A DNA stretch of 64,000 bases from Thecamonas trahens ATCC 50062 (taxonomy: Eukaryota; Protista; Apusomonadida). A model generated the notes under the pieces. The model did no database searches, was not told the origin of the DNA, and was given only the letters and a program-made list of their open reading frames with translations. Each line of letters begins with the position of its first letter. The first letter of the stretch is position 1. Shown in pieces: positions 45,498 through 56,387 of the stretch. A program made the translations under genes and the position numbers. The stretch lies in the NCBI RefSeq assembly GCF_000142905.1, contig NW_013657675.1, forward strand, positions 62,001 through 126,000. The letters run 5' to 3'.

Positions 45498-48400
45498 ATG
45501 GCATCCAGCGCGAGCGGGAGCAGGTCAGCAGCGACTCCTGATGGGAGCTGTGGCTCGTACTCGTACTACACCTCATCCTACGATGAAGCCACCCCGTCTG
45601 CCCACCAGCTGCCTGGCCCGGTGGCGGCTGCCCATGCCGGTGCTGCTCGTGGCGACCTCGCGCCGCTCGCTGCCCTGCTGCGACTGCCTCCTGCCCACGA
45701 CATGTCTCACGAGGAGGTCACCCTCTGGCTGACCCGTGTGCCTCGCGGCGGCGTCCTCTCGCTCCTGCACTGGCTGGCAAGACCGGCGCCACTCGCCTGC
45801 TGGGCAAAGCCCTGGCGAGACTGCCGGCCAGGGCTCTCGACGCTCGCGCTCGCGGCAGCGGCAAGACCCCGGCCCATCTCGCCGTCGAGTCTAATCGGCC
45901 CGAGGCCTTCCGCATGCTGCTCGAGGCGGGCGCATCGGCTGCTGTTCGCGACGTCGACGGTCGGTCGCCGCTCGCAGGCGTCATCCTCGCCTTTGCTCCC
46001 CGCGCAGACATCGCCGCCCGAATGGCCCCGCCAACGCCCGCCGCCCCGCGCCGCCACCGCAAGCGAGTCCGCGTCAAGGGCCGCGTTCGCGTCCGCAAGG
46101 GCACCTACAAGCATTTGCCGCGGGAGGAGCGCGTCAAGCGGTTGCGCTCGTCACAAATCTCACGCACAACGCGCTCAAAGTCGCGCTCGGTCTCGGCCTC
46201 GTCGCAGGCGCACTCGACGTCATCGGCCCGCCGCCGCAAGGGCGCAGCGCTCCCAAAACCACCGGCGGCACCGGCGCCGCAGCCCTCGCCACCGCCGCCG
46301 GACCTGTCCTCGATCTCCGACTCGTCGTCAGACTCGAGCTCCACCCACAGCGATGGCTCGGCGTCGCCGGAGCTCACCCTCCCTCGCACGCCCATCGCCA
46401 TCACCCCGCCGGCCCCGTCGCCCAGCCGAGCCGCGCTCACCTCGCCGTCTGGCCGGCGTTCTTTTGTTGTCTCAAAGCGTTCGCCGTTCAAGGCGCCGCT
46501 CTCAACCGAGACCGCGGCCTTTGCCCATCTACGGACGCCCGAGCCGAGCGTCGCCTCCGGCTCGCCTCCGGCTCGCTCCGCCCTCGCACTGCACATAACC
46601 TCAGACATGGCCGAGTTTCTGCAACCCGCGCCGCATGCCCGTGGTATCGGCGCCTTGCTTGGCTTTGCCCTCGGCGACGCCGCAGGCTCGCCTTTTGCCC
46701 ACCTCCGGAGCCCGGGCGGTGTCGCTCCTGACGGCGTTGACACCGCACTGAGCCTCGTGTCGACCGCTCGTCAGTCGACTACCGCCGTCACGGAGGTCAT
46801 GGCAGGTGCAGCACAGGCGGTGCTGGAGGCCAAGCTCAGCCAGCCACCGCAGGTCCCTCAGGGCCTCCCTTTTGCACTCGCCTCACCCGAACTCACCGCC
46901 TCGCTTGTCGACGTCCAGGCCCACCACACCGCCATCGCCAAGTGGGTGATGGAGCGACGTAGCGCCGGCGACACTCCTGCCGGTGACACTCCCGCTGACG
47001 ATGCCAGTTCGCTGGCTACGGTCTTGAGCGCGCTCGTGGCTACTGACGGGAGCTTTGGCGACGTCAACACGCTCGTCACCGTCGACACCGTGTTCCGCAA
47101 AGCACCCAAGACCGCGTCGGCCTACATCCGGGTCCTCCCGCTGGCGCTCTGGGGCTACGACTTGCCAGCGAATCTGCTCGGTCTTGCGGCGTCGGCTGTG
47201 GTCGGCATCACACATCCGGCGCCTCTCTGTCGCGACGCCGGCGCGGTCTTTGCCATTGTGGTCGCCGCGCTGGTACGGACCGGAAAGCCGGCCGCCGCCC
47301 TCGCTGCCGCTATCAACTGGGCCCGCGTCCACGCTCACACCAAGGTCCGGGCCTGGCTTCGTGAGGTTGCCGATGGCGAGCCGCTGCAAGACAAAGACCG
47401 CCGCAAGTTCTCGTCCATCAAGCTGCCGCTGGTCCACGGACTCCGCCTCGTGCTTGACGGCGCAAGCTACGCAGACGGCCTGGCCTCCACGCTGCTCCTT
47501 GGCGGCGACGCCGCGGTCAACGCACCAATTGTTGGTGCGCTACTTGGCGCCCGCTGGGGCGGCTACGCACTGCCGAGCATGCCTCTCGACACATTGCTGC
47601 AGAGATCGAGTCAGGCGCAGGCACTGCTCGACCTCGGGCATCAGCTCCTTGCTTACGCCGGCCTCGCGCTGGTCCTCTACGAGCAGCATGTCCCACGGCT
47701 CGAGCCAATTGACAAGACACGGGTCTCGGTCCATCAGGGTCCCAACGCTGACTGCAACTGGGTTGTGCCCGGTCTACTCGTCACAGGCGCCACTCCGCCG
47801 CACTCTGGCGGTGCCGCGCTCCTCGCGCTCCTCCGTGCAGGTGTGACCGGCTTTGTGGCGCTTGGCAGCGGCGCGACGCCCGCTTACGCGGCGGGCTTGC
47901 ACCGGCTCGCTCGCGACCATGCCGACGAGCTCGAGCTGAGCGATGATGGCGTCGCCGTCCACGCGGTGAAAATGGATGCCGACGCGTCCGATGCACAGGT
48001 CGTCGCCGCTCTACAGGCTCTGCTCAACGTGTTGCGAACCGGCGCCGCCGTCTACATCCACTGCGACGACGGCCACGGCCTCTCCGGCATGGTCGCTGCC
48101 ATTGCACTGGGTCTCGTCTATGGCCTCGCCGCTGACGATGCCCTGGCCCGCATCGAGGTCTTCCACTCTACTCGCGCCGTCGAGGCCAACGCGCTCTCGC
48201 CCAGCACGAAAGCCCAGGCCCGCACCGTCGTTCGCATCCTGAAGGCCATCCGCCGCGGCGCCATGCCGACCTCCCGCGGGCCGCCCGACTCGGCCCCGCG
48301 GCCATCGCCCATGGTGCTCCGCGCCTCGGCCGCAGTCCGCACCCCGGGCCCACCCCCGGCCACCCGCAAGCGGCTCGACTTTGACGCATCCGACGCATCC

Positions 48401-48547
48401 GCCTCGGCCGCCGCTCCTGCGCCTTCGGCCGCGCGCCCCGTGGTCACCCTCTCTGACGAGGTCTCCTCACGCATCGCCTACTACAAGGCCATGGCCAAAG
48501 CCATCAGCGCCGCCACGGCGCCTGCGCTCTCTCCAGACCATCCGTAG
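45498..48547 (+). CDS. Ankyrin + inactive ADP-ribosylglycohydrolase-fold + inactive dual-specificity-phosphatase-fold protein; frameshift near 45772
   Basis: ANK: SLLHW(A)GKTG, GKTPAHLAVESN, DGRSPL. ARH: GALLGFALGDAAG, YIRVLPL, GITH, GGDAAVNAPIVGALLGARWG. DSP: NWVVPGLLVTGATP, VYIHCDDGHGLSG. Confidence 0.8.
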
Positions 48548-48658
48548 CCAAAGATACACAGCTTGTGCACCCCGCGCTGGCTGCCGCCACAGGCCGACCG
48601 CTCGTGAAGACGTGGCCAACAACGGCAACACTGCACTCTGCGCCACTTCGTGACATCG

Positions 48659-49519
48659 ATGGCGACGGGTCTGCGATGGCTGGTGGCGTCACAGGGCGAT
48701 GCCAAGCACATTGGATGGGCCCATCCACTGGTGGCGTGTGTGGTGTACTACCTGGCTGTCGTGCCTGCGTCGTGGTGGGCGAGCGTGTGGCTAGGTGGCA
48801 CAGCGAGTGGCGGCAGAGGCGACAGCGGAGGCGACCAAGGTGTGACGGGCTACGAGCTAGGCTACTGGCCGGGCGTGTGCAAGGGACTGGTGGCGTATTT
48901 GGCTGTTCTCCTCGGCTCGAGGCTGGTGACCAAGGGCTCGGTGGTGCTGTATGAGTTCATGTGGGGCTGCAACGTGGCGCTCGTTCTTGGCGCCCTTGCC
49001 GGAGCCACCGGAAACGCCTTGCTGCTCGCTGGCGCTGTCGTCTCGGTGGCGGTCGATCAGGTCATGTGGTATGTCGACATTGCGGCCTACGTCATCACGG
49101 GCTCCTTTCCCATCGGCGTGGCAAAGTATCTCATCTGGCCCACCACCGGATGGGTCCAGCGCGCCACCTCCGGTCATCACCTCGCCTTTATCCCGCTCGC
49201 GCTGTGGATGCTTGGCGAGGCGCAGACTGGTTTTCCGCCGGGCACCTTTGCGCTCTCGATCGTGGTGCTGGTGGTCGAGGGCGGAGCCACGCGGCTCCTG
49301 GCCCCGTTCTCTATTGTGTATCCCTCGCGGCCGCCGCTCATGCTCAACATCAACCTCACCCACGAGTGCTGGACGGACGTCCCCTTCGCCCTGCTGCACA
49401 TTGCCGACGGCGCGTCGTTTCTCCCCGCCATGGCCTGGCTCGTCACCGTCTGGTCGTCGACCAACGCCATCTGCTACGCCGTCCTGCTCGCCATCGAGTC
49501 AGTTGTCTACGGCGTGTGA
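48659..49519 (+). CDS. Multi-pass integral membrane protein
   Basis: About 7 hydrophobic segments; polar motifs YEFMWGCN, DQVMWYVD, PIGVAKYL, TSGHHLAFIP, NINLTH. Confidence 0.8.
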   Translation: MATGLRWLVASQGDAKHIGWAHPLVACVVYYLAVVPASWWASVWLGGTASGGRGDSGGDQGVTGYELGYWPGVCKGLVAYLAVLLGSRLVTKGSVVLYEFMWGCNVALVLGALAGATGNALLLAGAVVSVAVDQVMWYVDIAAYVITGSFPIGVAKYLIWPTTGWVQRATSGHHLAFIPLALWMLGEAQTGFPPGTFALSIVVLVVEGGATRLLAPFSIVYPSRPPLMLNINLTHECWTDVPFALLHIADGASFLPAMAWLVTVWSSTNAICYAVLLAIESVVYGV

Positions 49520-49667
49520 CGCCATCGCCCCATCCGGACTCCTCGGCACACTCTGAGACGTACGCGGCCGGCCTCGACGCTTGTGGTGTCCACGCTTCTC
49601 TTCACGCACGCTTTTTTTACAGCAGCTAATCTCGGAGCAAGCAGCGAGCAGCACGCAACACGCAACA

Positions 49668-49898
49668 ATGTCGGCTCGTATCGGCGTTCCTGTCATGATG
49701 GTGGGTACCGCTTTTGGCACCGCGCTTGTCGTCCGCGGCCTCTTGGCTGCATCGTCGCGCCATCGGCTGATGTCTGGCGCAGGCGGCTTTTCCATCTCGG
49801 CCGCGCCGCACTCGTTTGAGCCTTCGGCGCCGCAGCACGAGGACCACCTGCGCGCCCGTGTCATTCCCAACTCGCCGACGACGCGCACGCACGCCTGA
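49668..49898 (+). CDS. 76-aa microprotein (hydrophobic N-helix + HSFEP..PQHEDHL), paralog A
   Basis: Shares a motif with the ORF at 50135-50356. Confidence 0.65.
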   Translation: MSARIGVPVMMVGTAFGTALVVRGLLAASSRHRLMSGAGGFSISAAPHSFEPSAPQHEDHLRARVIPNSPTTRTHA

Positions 49899-49967
49899 TG
49901 GCGATGGTCACGAGTCTGGAGCACCATCCAGAGTCTCTAGCTCCCTACCAAGTTCATGTCTATGGTT

Positions 49968-50040
49968 GATGTGTGTGGGCCGCGCTGGATGTGTGTGGGC
50001 CGCGCTGGATGTGTGGGTCGCGCTGGATGTGTGCGGGCCA
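49968..50040. repeat. ~18-20-bp tandem repeat (GATGTGTGTGGGCCGCGCTG) x~4
   Basis: Read directly; lies between the two microprotein genes. Confidence 0.8.
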
Positions 50041-50134
50041 GATGTTGCTAAAACCGGACCCGATTTCACGTTGCTTGCAATCATTCTTTGTTCGCGCTCC
50101 TTTTCTTGACCACGCAGCAGACCATCACCTCACC

Positions 50135-50356
50135 ATGTCCAAGCTTATGTACGCTGAAGGCGCCATGGTTGTAGGCGCCGCCGTGGCCGCCGCCATGATC
50201 GCACGAACGACCGCCGCCCGGATGGGTATTGTCTTTGTGCCGAGAGCCTCGTCGTCGACCGCGCACTCGCACGAACCGCATGCGCCGCCGCAGCATGAGG
50301 ACCACCTCCAGGCTCGACTTGTGCCTCGGGCCCCGCCCAAGCCAGGCAGACCGTGA
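50135..50356 (+). CDS. 73-aa microprotein (hydrophobic N-helix + HSHEP..PQHEDHL), paralog B
   Basis: caccATG start; PQHEDHL.AR..P conserved with paralog A. Confidence 0.65.
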   Translation: MSKLMYAEGAMVVGAAVAAAMIARTTAARMGIVFVPRASSSTAHSHEPHAPPQHEDHLQARLVPRAPPKPGRP

Positions 50357-50450
50357 TGCCAACCACAGTGCCAGCCGTAGCAGCGTTCATCGATCGGCGG
50401 TGTCTCTTGGCGGGGCGTCGTTCAAACAATAACACATCAAGGCTTTTGAC

Positions 50451-51257
50451 TCACAGCTGGCGCGACAGCGGAAAGATGTGGGCCAGCCACTTGTCGAGGG
50501 CAACGACTTGGTCGATGTCGACAGAGTGCCCGAGGCCGTCCCACTCGACTAGGTCCGAGCCAGAGAGCTCCGGCCAGGCGGCACGGATGCGGTCCCAGCC
50601 GGGCTTGGCCCACGCAAGCGGGACCATCGGATCCTCGCGGCCGTGGTGGATGAGGAGCGGCGGAAGCGAGGCTGCAGAGCTAGCCGTCGCAAGCTCGACC
50701 GACTCGGTGGCAGCAAGAACGTACGACGACCAGCAGACCAGGCCGGCGAGGCCGAGCTCGGCCCGCAGCGCCGCGTACAGCGCCATGGCGCCGCCCTGAG
50801 AGAAGCCGCCGAGCACAATCGGCAGCCGCTGACCATCATTGGCCAGATCAGCGTCGAGGCCCGACCGCAGTAGCGCCCGCTCTTCGGCCACCAGCTCAAT
50901 GATGTCCTGCGCCGACGCAGCGATGCCCTCGACGTCCTCGGCAGCCTCGGGCCCGTCGGCGCCGATGCGGTCGAGCGAGGCAATGTCATACCAGCCAGGC
51001 ATGACCATGCCACCGTTGACGGTGATCGGTCGCTCCGGCGCGTCCGGGAGGACCACCCGGATGTGCTCGCCAAGCTTGGACTCGCCGAACAGCTGTGTCG
51101 CCTGGAACAGCGGCGCAAAGCCATCAGGTGAGTCGCCGAGGCCATGGAGCCACACGATAGTGGCCTTGTGCTCGCCCGCCGGCTCGAGCACCTTGCGGGC
51201 CAGCGTCGAGCCCTGCCGCGCCGCCTTGGCCGTCAGAGTAGCAAACGTCCTCAGCAT
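50451..51257 (-). CDS. Acyl-protein thioesterase / lysophospholipase (APT1/LYPLA family)
   Basis: WLHGLGD, PITVNGGMVMPGWYDI, GGFSQGG, HGREDPMVP, GLGHS. Confidence 0.93.
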   Translation of the reverse strand: MLRTFATLTAKAARQGSTLARKVLEPAGEHKATIVWLHGLGDSPDGFAPLFQATQLFGESKLGEHIRVVLPDAPERPITVNGGMVMPGWYDIASLDRIGADGPEAAEDVEGIAASAQDIIELVAEERALLRSGLDADLANDGQRLPIVLGGFSQGGAMALYAALRAELGLAGLVCWSSYVLAATESVELATASSAASLPPLLIHHGREDPMVPLAWAKPGWDRIRAAWPELSGSDLVEWDGLGHSVDIDQVVALDKWLAHIFPLSRQL

Positions 51258-51686
51258 GCTGTTACGGTGAGACGGGTGGAGTATGGAGCCATGGTGCACG
51301 GTGTGGGCGTGGGCGTGGGTTGGGCGAGGGTGTGGGTGGTGCGGGGGTGACCGGCGAGCGGCGGATCTTGGACGGCATTCACCTCCGCCACCCGCACCGA
51401 CTCCCCGGGGGGTATGGGCCAGTACACGGACACGGGTGTGTGATCAAGGGCATCGACGTTGCAGCTTGGTACGGGTATGTCGGGCATCCATGTTGAGGGC
51501 GGTACTTTTTGTATGCGCTCAATTTCCGCGCGCTTTTGTGTGTTTTCATGCCTCCGTCACCGCCTACGTCATTTCCACGTGGACGAAACATTGGGCGGCT
51601 TAAAACAGGCCGCCATCCCGTGCGGCCAACGCGGTGGCGGAGCGAAGCACCCAACCTCATCGCCCGACCCCCAAGTCGAAGTAGGC

Positions 51687-54009
51687 ATGGCGATGCAAAC
51701 CAAGGCGTTGCGGGCGCGGCTTGCGTCTGCCAAGCGCATTGTGATCAAGGCCGGCACGTCGGTCGTGTCCAAGGACGATGGCCTCCCGTCGCTGACCCGC
51801 CTCGGCGGCCTTGTCGAGCAGATTGCCGAGCTGACCGCGACTGGCAAAGAAGTCCTTTTTGTCTCGTCGGGCTCGGTTGGCGTCGGCCGCAACATGCTCC
51901 GCCGCCAGCTGATGGCCCAGGCCTCGATGTCGGCGCATCTTTCCGGCAAGTGGACTGAGAGCAAGCTCGTCGAGGCGCTTGGCCGCAAGCAGACCTCGTA
52001 CTCGGCGGCGTGCGCCGCGGCGGGCCAGCTTGGTCTGATGTCGCTCTACGACACGCTGTTTGCCACCCACAACGTGGCGGTGGCCCAGCTGCTGGTCACC
52101 TCGACTGAGTTTGCCCACCCCGAGGCGCGCGCCAACATGCGGTCGTCGCTGGAGACCATGCTCGCTTGCGGCCTCATGCCCATCATCAACGAGAACGATG
52201 CAGTCTCGGCCAGTGGCCCGGTCTCACCGAAGACGGCGCTGGCGAATGCTCGTTCCGCGACAATGACATGCTCGCGGCGTTGGTTGCCCGCGAGATCGAG
52301 GCCGATCTCGTCCTCTTCCTCTCGGACGTCGACGGCCTCTACACCATGGCGCCGTCGGAGCCGGGTGCACAGCGGATCTCGCTCTACTCGCGGATCCACG
52401 CACAGGCGCAAATTGGAGCCAACTCGACGAACGGGCGTGGCGGGATGCGGGCCAAGCTGCACGCTGCGATGGTGGCGCTCGATGGCGGCCCGTTCTCGAC
52501 CGAGGGCGTGAACGGCCCCGACGCGGTCGCCATCCTCTCCGGCTACGTGCCTGGATGCATCACCCAGCTGCTTGCCGGTGAAGACGTTGGCACTGTGTTT
52601 GTGACTGCCGCCGAGGAGGCCCGCCTCGAGGCCGAGGCCGTGGCCGAGGCCGAGGCTTCCGGGCTCGGCTCGGGACCTTCGACGCCACGCGGTCCCTCCG
52701 CCATTGCCCGCGCTGCCCGTGTTGGCGGCCGCGCGCTCGCCACCGCTCCGGCGGCTACCCGCGCCAGCATCCTTGAGCGGCTGGCGGACCTGATGGAGGA
52801 GTCGGAGGCAGAGCTGATGCTTGCCAACAAGCGCGATCTGGCGGCTGCTGCCGAGTCTGGCCTCGACGGCCCGCTGCTGAAGCGGCTCAAGCTGACTCCG
52901 GGCAAGCTTGCCAGCGTGATTGGCGGCGTGCGTGAGCTCGCGCGCCAGTGTGACCCGCTCGGCAAACAGGTAAGCGCGACGTCGCTCTCGAACAGCCTCG
53001 AGCTGGAGCAGATCTCTGTTCCGATCGGAGTCCTGCTCGTCATCTTTGAGTCGCGGCCCGACTGCCTGCCGCAGATTGCGGCACTCGCGATCCGGTCCGG
53101 CAACGGGCTGGTGCTCAAGGGCGGGTCGGAGGCACGGCACTCGAACGTGCTGCTTCACTCGCTGGTGGCACGCGCCATCGAGAGGGGTCGAGCGGCGCTG
53201 TGCCCGGCAGCACGATTGCGCTTGTCCACTCGCGGGCAGCGATTGCGGACCTGCTCGAGTTGCAGCATGACATTGACCTGGTCATCCCGCGTGGCTCCGG
53301 CAAGCTCGTCAAGTACATCCAGGACTCGACCGCGATTCCTGTGCTCGGACACGCCGAGGGCGTGTGCCACCTTTACATCGACGCTGACGCCGACCAGGAG
53401 ATGGCTGTCCGTGTGGCGCTCGATGCCAAGACTTCGTACCCTGCGGCATGCAACGCTGTGGAGACGCTGCTGCTGCACAAGGCGACACTGGAGAACCCGG
53501 ATGTGGCGACGGCGGTGCTCCGTGCACTCGCGGCTGCCGGAGTCAAGATCCACGGCGGCCCGCGGGCTGCTGCAGCGGGCCTGGTCTCGTCGGCGGACGC
53601 ACACTTTGACACCGAATATGGGAGCCTCGCGCTCTCGCTGGAGGTTGTGGACTCGCTGGAAGACGCCGTGGAGCACATCAACCAGTTTGGGTCCGGCCAC
53701 ACCGAGTCGATTGTGACGAACAACACGGACACGGCAGACATGTTTGTGGCGCAGGTGGATGCAGCGTGCGTGTTTGTCAACACATCGACGCGGTTTGCAG
53801 ACGGGACGCGGTTCGGGCTCGGGGCCGAAGTGGGGATCTCGACCGGGCGGATCCATGCGCGCGGACCTGTGGGGGTCAAGGGGCTCCTGACGACCAAGTG
53901 GATTCTCCACTCTGTGGCGGAGGACGGCGATTGCGTTGGCGACTACGAAGGTGATGCCAAGGACGGAGCGACAGCGCGGGTGTACACTCATGTCCACCAC
54001 AAGGAATAA
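51687..54009 (+). CDS. P5CS: Delta-1-pyrroline-5-carboxylate synthase (glutamate 5-kinase + glutamyl-phosphate reductase fusion); frameshifts near 52215 and 53182
   Basis: RIVIKAGTS, VSSGSVG, PIINENDAV, DNDMLA, GRGGMRAK; VPIGVLLVIFESRP, LKGGSEA, DLVIPRGS, YPAACNAVE, GSGHTE, STRFADG, GRIHARGPVG. Confidence 0.95.
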
Positions 54010-54039
54010 CATGCGAGCGTTTGATGGGGTGATCGGCTG

Positions 54040-55131
54040 TTAAAGCTCGATGGCGTCCGGGTCGGGCATGGGAAAGCGCGAGGACTCGGCGGCGGTGAGC
54101 GAGTAGGCCCAGAGTGCGGCGGCTGCGTCCATGTCGAGGGCTGCGGCGGTGGTCGGAGCCGGGCGGCACTCGGCGTGGTACTCGCCAGGCTCGGCATCGT
54201 CGTCGAGGGCGCAGTATAGCGAGGTCTGGGCTCCCTGCCAAGTGTTCTGGAAGACGATGGCGCGGAGCGGGGCAGTGACAGCAGCGAGAACAGTGTTGTG
54301 GCGGAGGAGCTCTGAGTTGACGGCGCCCGGGTGGAGCGAGTAGGCGCGGGCGGCAGAGTTGGCGGAGACCAGCTTGGCGTTGAGCAGGCGGGTGAAGAGG
54401 ATGTTGGCGATCTTGGAACGGCCGTAGGCACGGACGCGGTCATAGTCAGCGGCGCTGGTGATCGGTAGCGGAGTGGAGTCAAAGCCATGGGCGCTGGACG
54501 CAACGTTGACGATGCGGCCGCCAGCCTGGGAGATGTTGTCGAGAAGGCCAAGGGTGAACCACATGTGGCCGAGGTGGTTGACGCCCCACTGGGTCTCGTG
54601 GCCCTGGACGGTGGTGCCCCACGGGCACATCATGATACCGGCGTTGTTGATGAGAATGGAGATAGAGACGCCCAGGTCGGAAATCGTCTCGACGGCGGCC
54701 TGGACCGACGCCAGATCGGCCAGATCCATGACCACAAGCTCAGCCGAGCCGCCGAGCCGAGCTGCGGCAACAACAGTCTCTTTGGCCAGCACGCCGCGCT
54801 GGGCAGTCCGACAGACCATGATGACGTGCGCGCCGACCGAGATCAACGCCTTGCACGTCTCCAGCCCGATGCCGGTGTTTGCTCCGGTAACCACTACCGT
54901 CTTGTGGCGGAGATCGGCCGAGTCGAGTGCCGTCGCCCGGCGCCCACGACCGACAAGATACGCGAGACCGGCACCGACCGCAGCAGCGCCAGCAGCGAGC
55001 GGGATCGAAAGGTGGCCCAGGCCCCAGGCGGCAGCCGAGGCAGCACCAGACGTGAGCAGCATGAGTGTAGACTGACCGACTGAAGACCGCAGCATCTGCA
55101 TGGGCCGGGAGCGGGGCTGGAAGCGGGACAT
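54040..55131 (-). CDS. Retinol-dehydrogenase-like short-chain dehydrogenase/reductase with N-terminal membrane anchor
   Basis: TGANTGIG, NNAGIM, VNHLGH, VNVASSAH, YGRSK, LHPGAV. Confidence 0.93.
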   Translation of the reverse strand: MSRFQPRSRPMQMLRSSVGQSTLMLLTSGAASAAAWGLGHLSIPLAAGAAAVGAGLAYLVGRGRRATALDSADLRHKTVVVTGANTGIGLETCKALISVGAHVIMVCRTAQRGVLAKETVVAAARLGGSAELVVMDLADLASVQAAVETISDLGVSISILINNAGIMMCPWGTTVQGHETQWGVNHLGHMWFTLGLLDNISQAGGRIVNVASSAHGFDSTPLPITSAADYDRVRAYGRSKIANILFTRLLNAKLVSANSAARAYSLHPGAVNSELLRHNTVLAAVTAPLRAIVFQNTWQGAQTSLYCALDDDAEPGEYHAECRPAPTTAAALDMDAAAALWAYSLTAAESSRFPMPDPDAIEL

Positions 55132-55472
55132 GGCGGCAGGCAGGGTGAGGAAGGTGGAGTCGAGGTGGGGGGGGGGGGGGGGGGTAACACGATCCGGCGA
55201 ATTGGCCACCTGGNNNNNNNNNNNNNNNNNNNNNNNNNNNNNNNNNNNNNNNNNNNNNNNNNNNNNNNNNNNNNNNNNNNNNNNNNNNNNNNNNNNNNNN
55301 NNNNNNNNNNNNNGGGGGGGGGGGGGTTGGCCAACCCCAAGTCGGGTAGGGGGATGGGCACAGCTGCGATGACAAGCAGCTTGCTCGAGGCATGCAAGTA
55401 CCCGGAGGTCGAGGCTGCGATATGGTCGTAGTGCGGCAGAGGTGGATAGGGATGACCAGCTGGTAGTGGGTG

Positions 55473-56387
55473 ATGTTTGGGATGGGACAACCGGCACGTG
55501 CGCGCGTGGGCAGAGGGGGAGAGCGTTGGCAGGGGGAGCAGCAGCCAACTGCTCAGCTCGACAGTTTGGCCGAGCGAGGGAGGGGGGGGGGGAACGGAGT
55601 CGGGGAGGACTTGACGGCAGCCGGAAGAGGAGGGGCAGATCGGGCGGTGTCGTGGGAAATGGGGGCGTTTCTTCCATGGCTTGCCACCTTTGCGGCATTG
55701 GGCGTAGGGACTGTCTGCTTTTGGCGGTAGGTCGGCGAGTCGGGGGGTGGCGAGAGGGGGCGGGGGAGGGGAGGGGGAGGGGGAAACTCATCATCATGCG
55801 AGGGGCAATGCAGTGGTGGATGGGTGCTTCTCGATCTCCACCTCGAGCCGAAGAGCAAGGCCAAGTCTGGTACAATATGCCTCGTCATGTCGTTTGTGCT
55901 TGGCGTGGCACTGTATCTGATTGATCCATGGATTGCCGACGTGTTGGAGCGCCGTGGGAGTGGCGGGTCGACTGGGAGCGGGAGCGAGCTGCCGAGCGAG
56001 CGGTCGGAGAGCTCATCCCATGCCGTGCCGGTGATTGGAGCGATGTCAATGTCTGAGGTGGCTCTGCTCGCGTTGCGGACGTATGTCATGGGCATCATCT
56101 CGCTGACTGGATGGCGAGGTGTGTGGCTTCTGATAGATGTGGTGGTCGGCGATGACACGAGCTCGGCAACTGTGGCTGCACTCGGCATGCACCTGTTGGG
56201 CTTTGGTTTTATGGCGGCACTCGGCGTGTCGACGACACTTATTGGCGCACCGATTGCGCACTTTTACGATGGTTACTTTGCGCTCGAGGGCTACAAGCTG
56301 GCTAGGAACGTGGTGTGGACCTCGCTTCGCGGCAGCAGGCGGTGGGGCACTGTGGCCGACGGCGAGTCCGGCCCGCCCGACGGCTAG
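55473..56387 (+). CDS. Fuseless-like membrane protein; intron 55727-55813 (start may be 55659)
   Basis: Splicing creates FWRGGWVLLD; a second copy reads GWRGVWLLID; several TM helices. Confidence 0.65.

Noticed and set aside
51687-54009. P5CS (and other frameshifted genes) as pseudogenes, or as separate proB and proA
   Set aside because: All catalytic motifs are intact, there are no in-frame stops once frames are joined, and the breaks do not fall at the domain boundary.
54040-55875. 611-aa extension of the SDR across the gap
   Set aside because: The upstream part is low-complexity and antisense to the Fuseless-like exon; ATG 55131 is more plausible.
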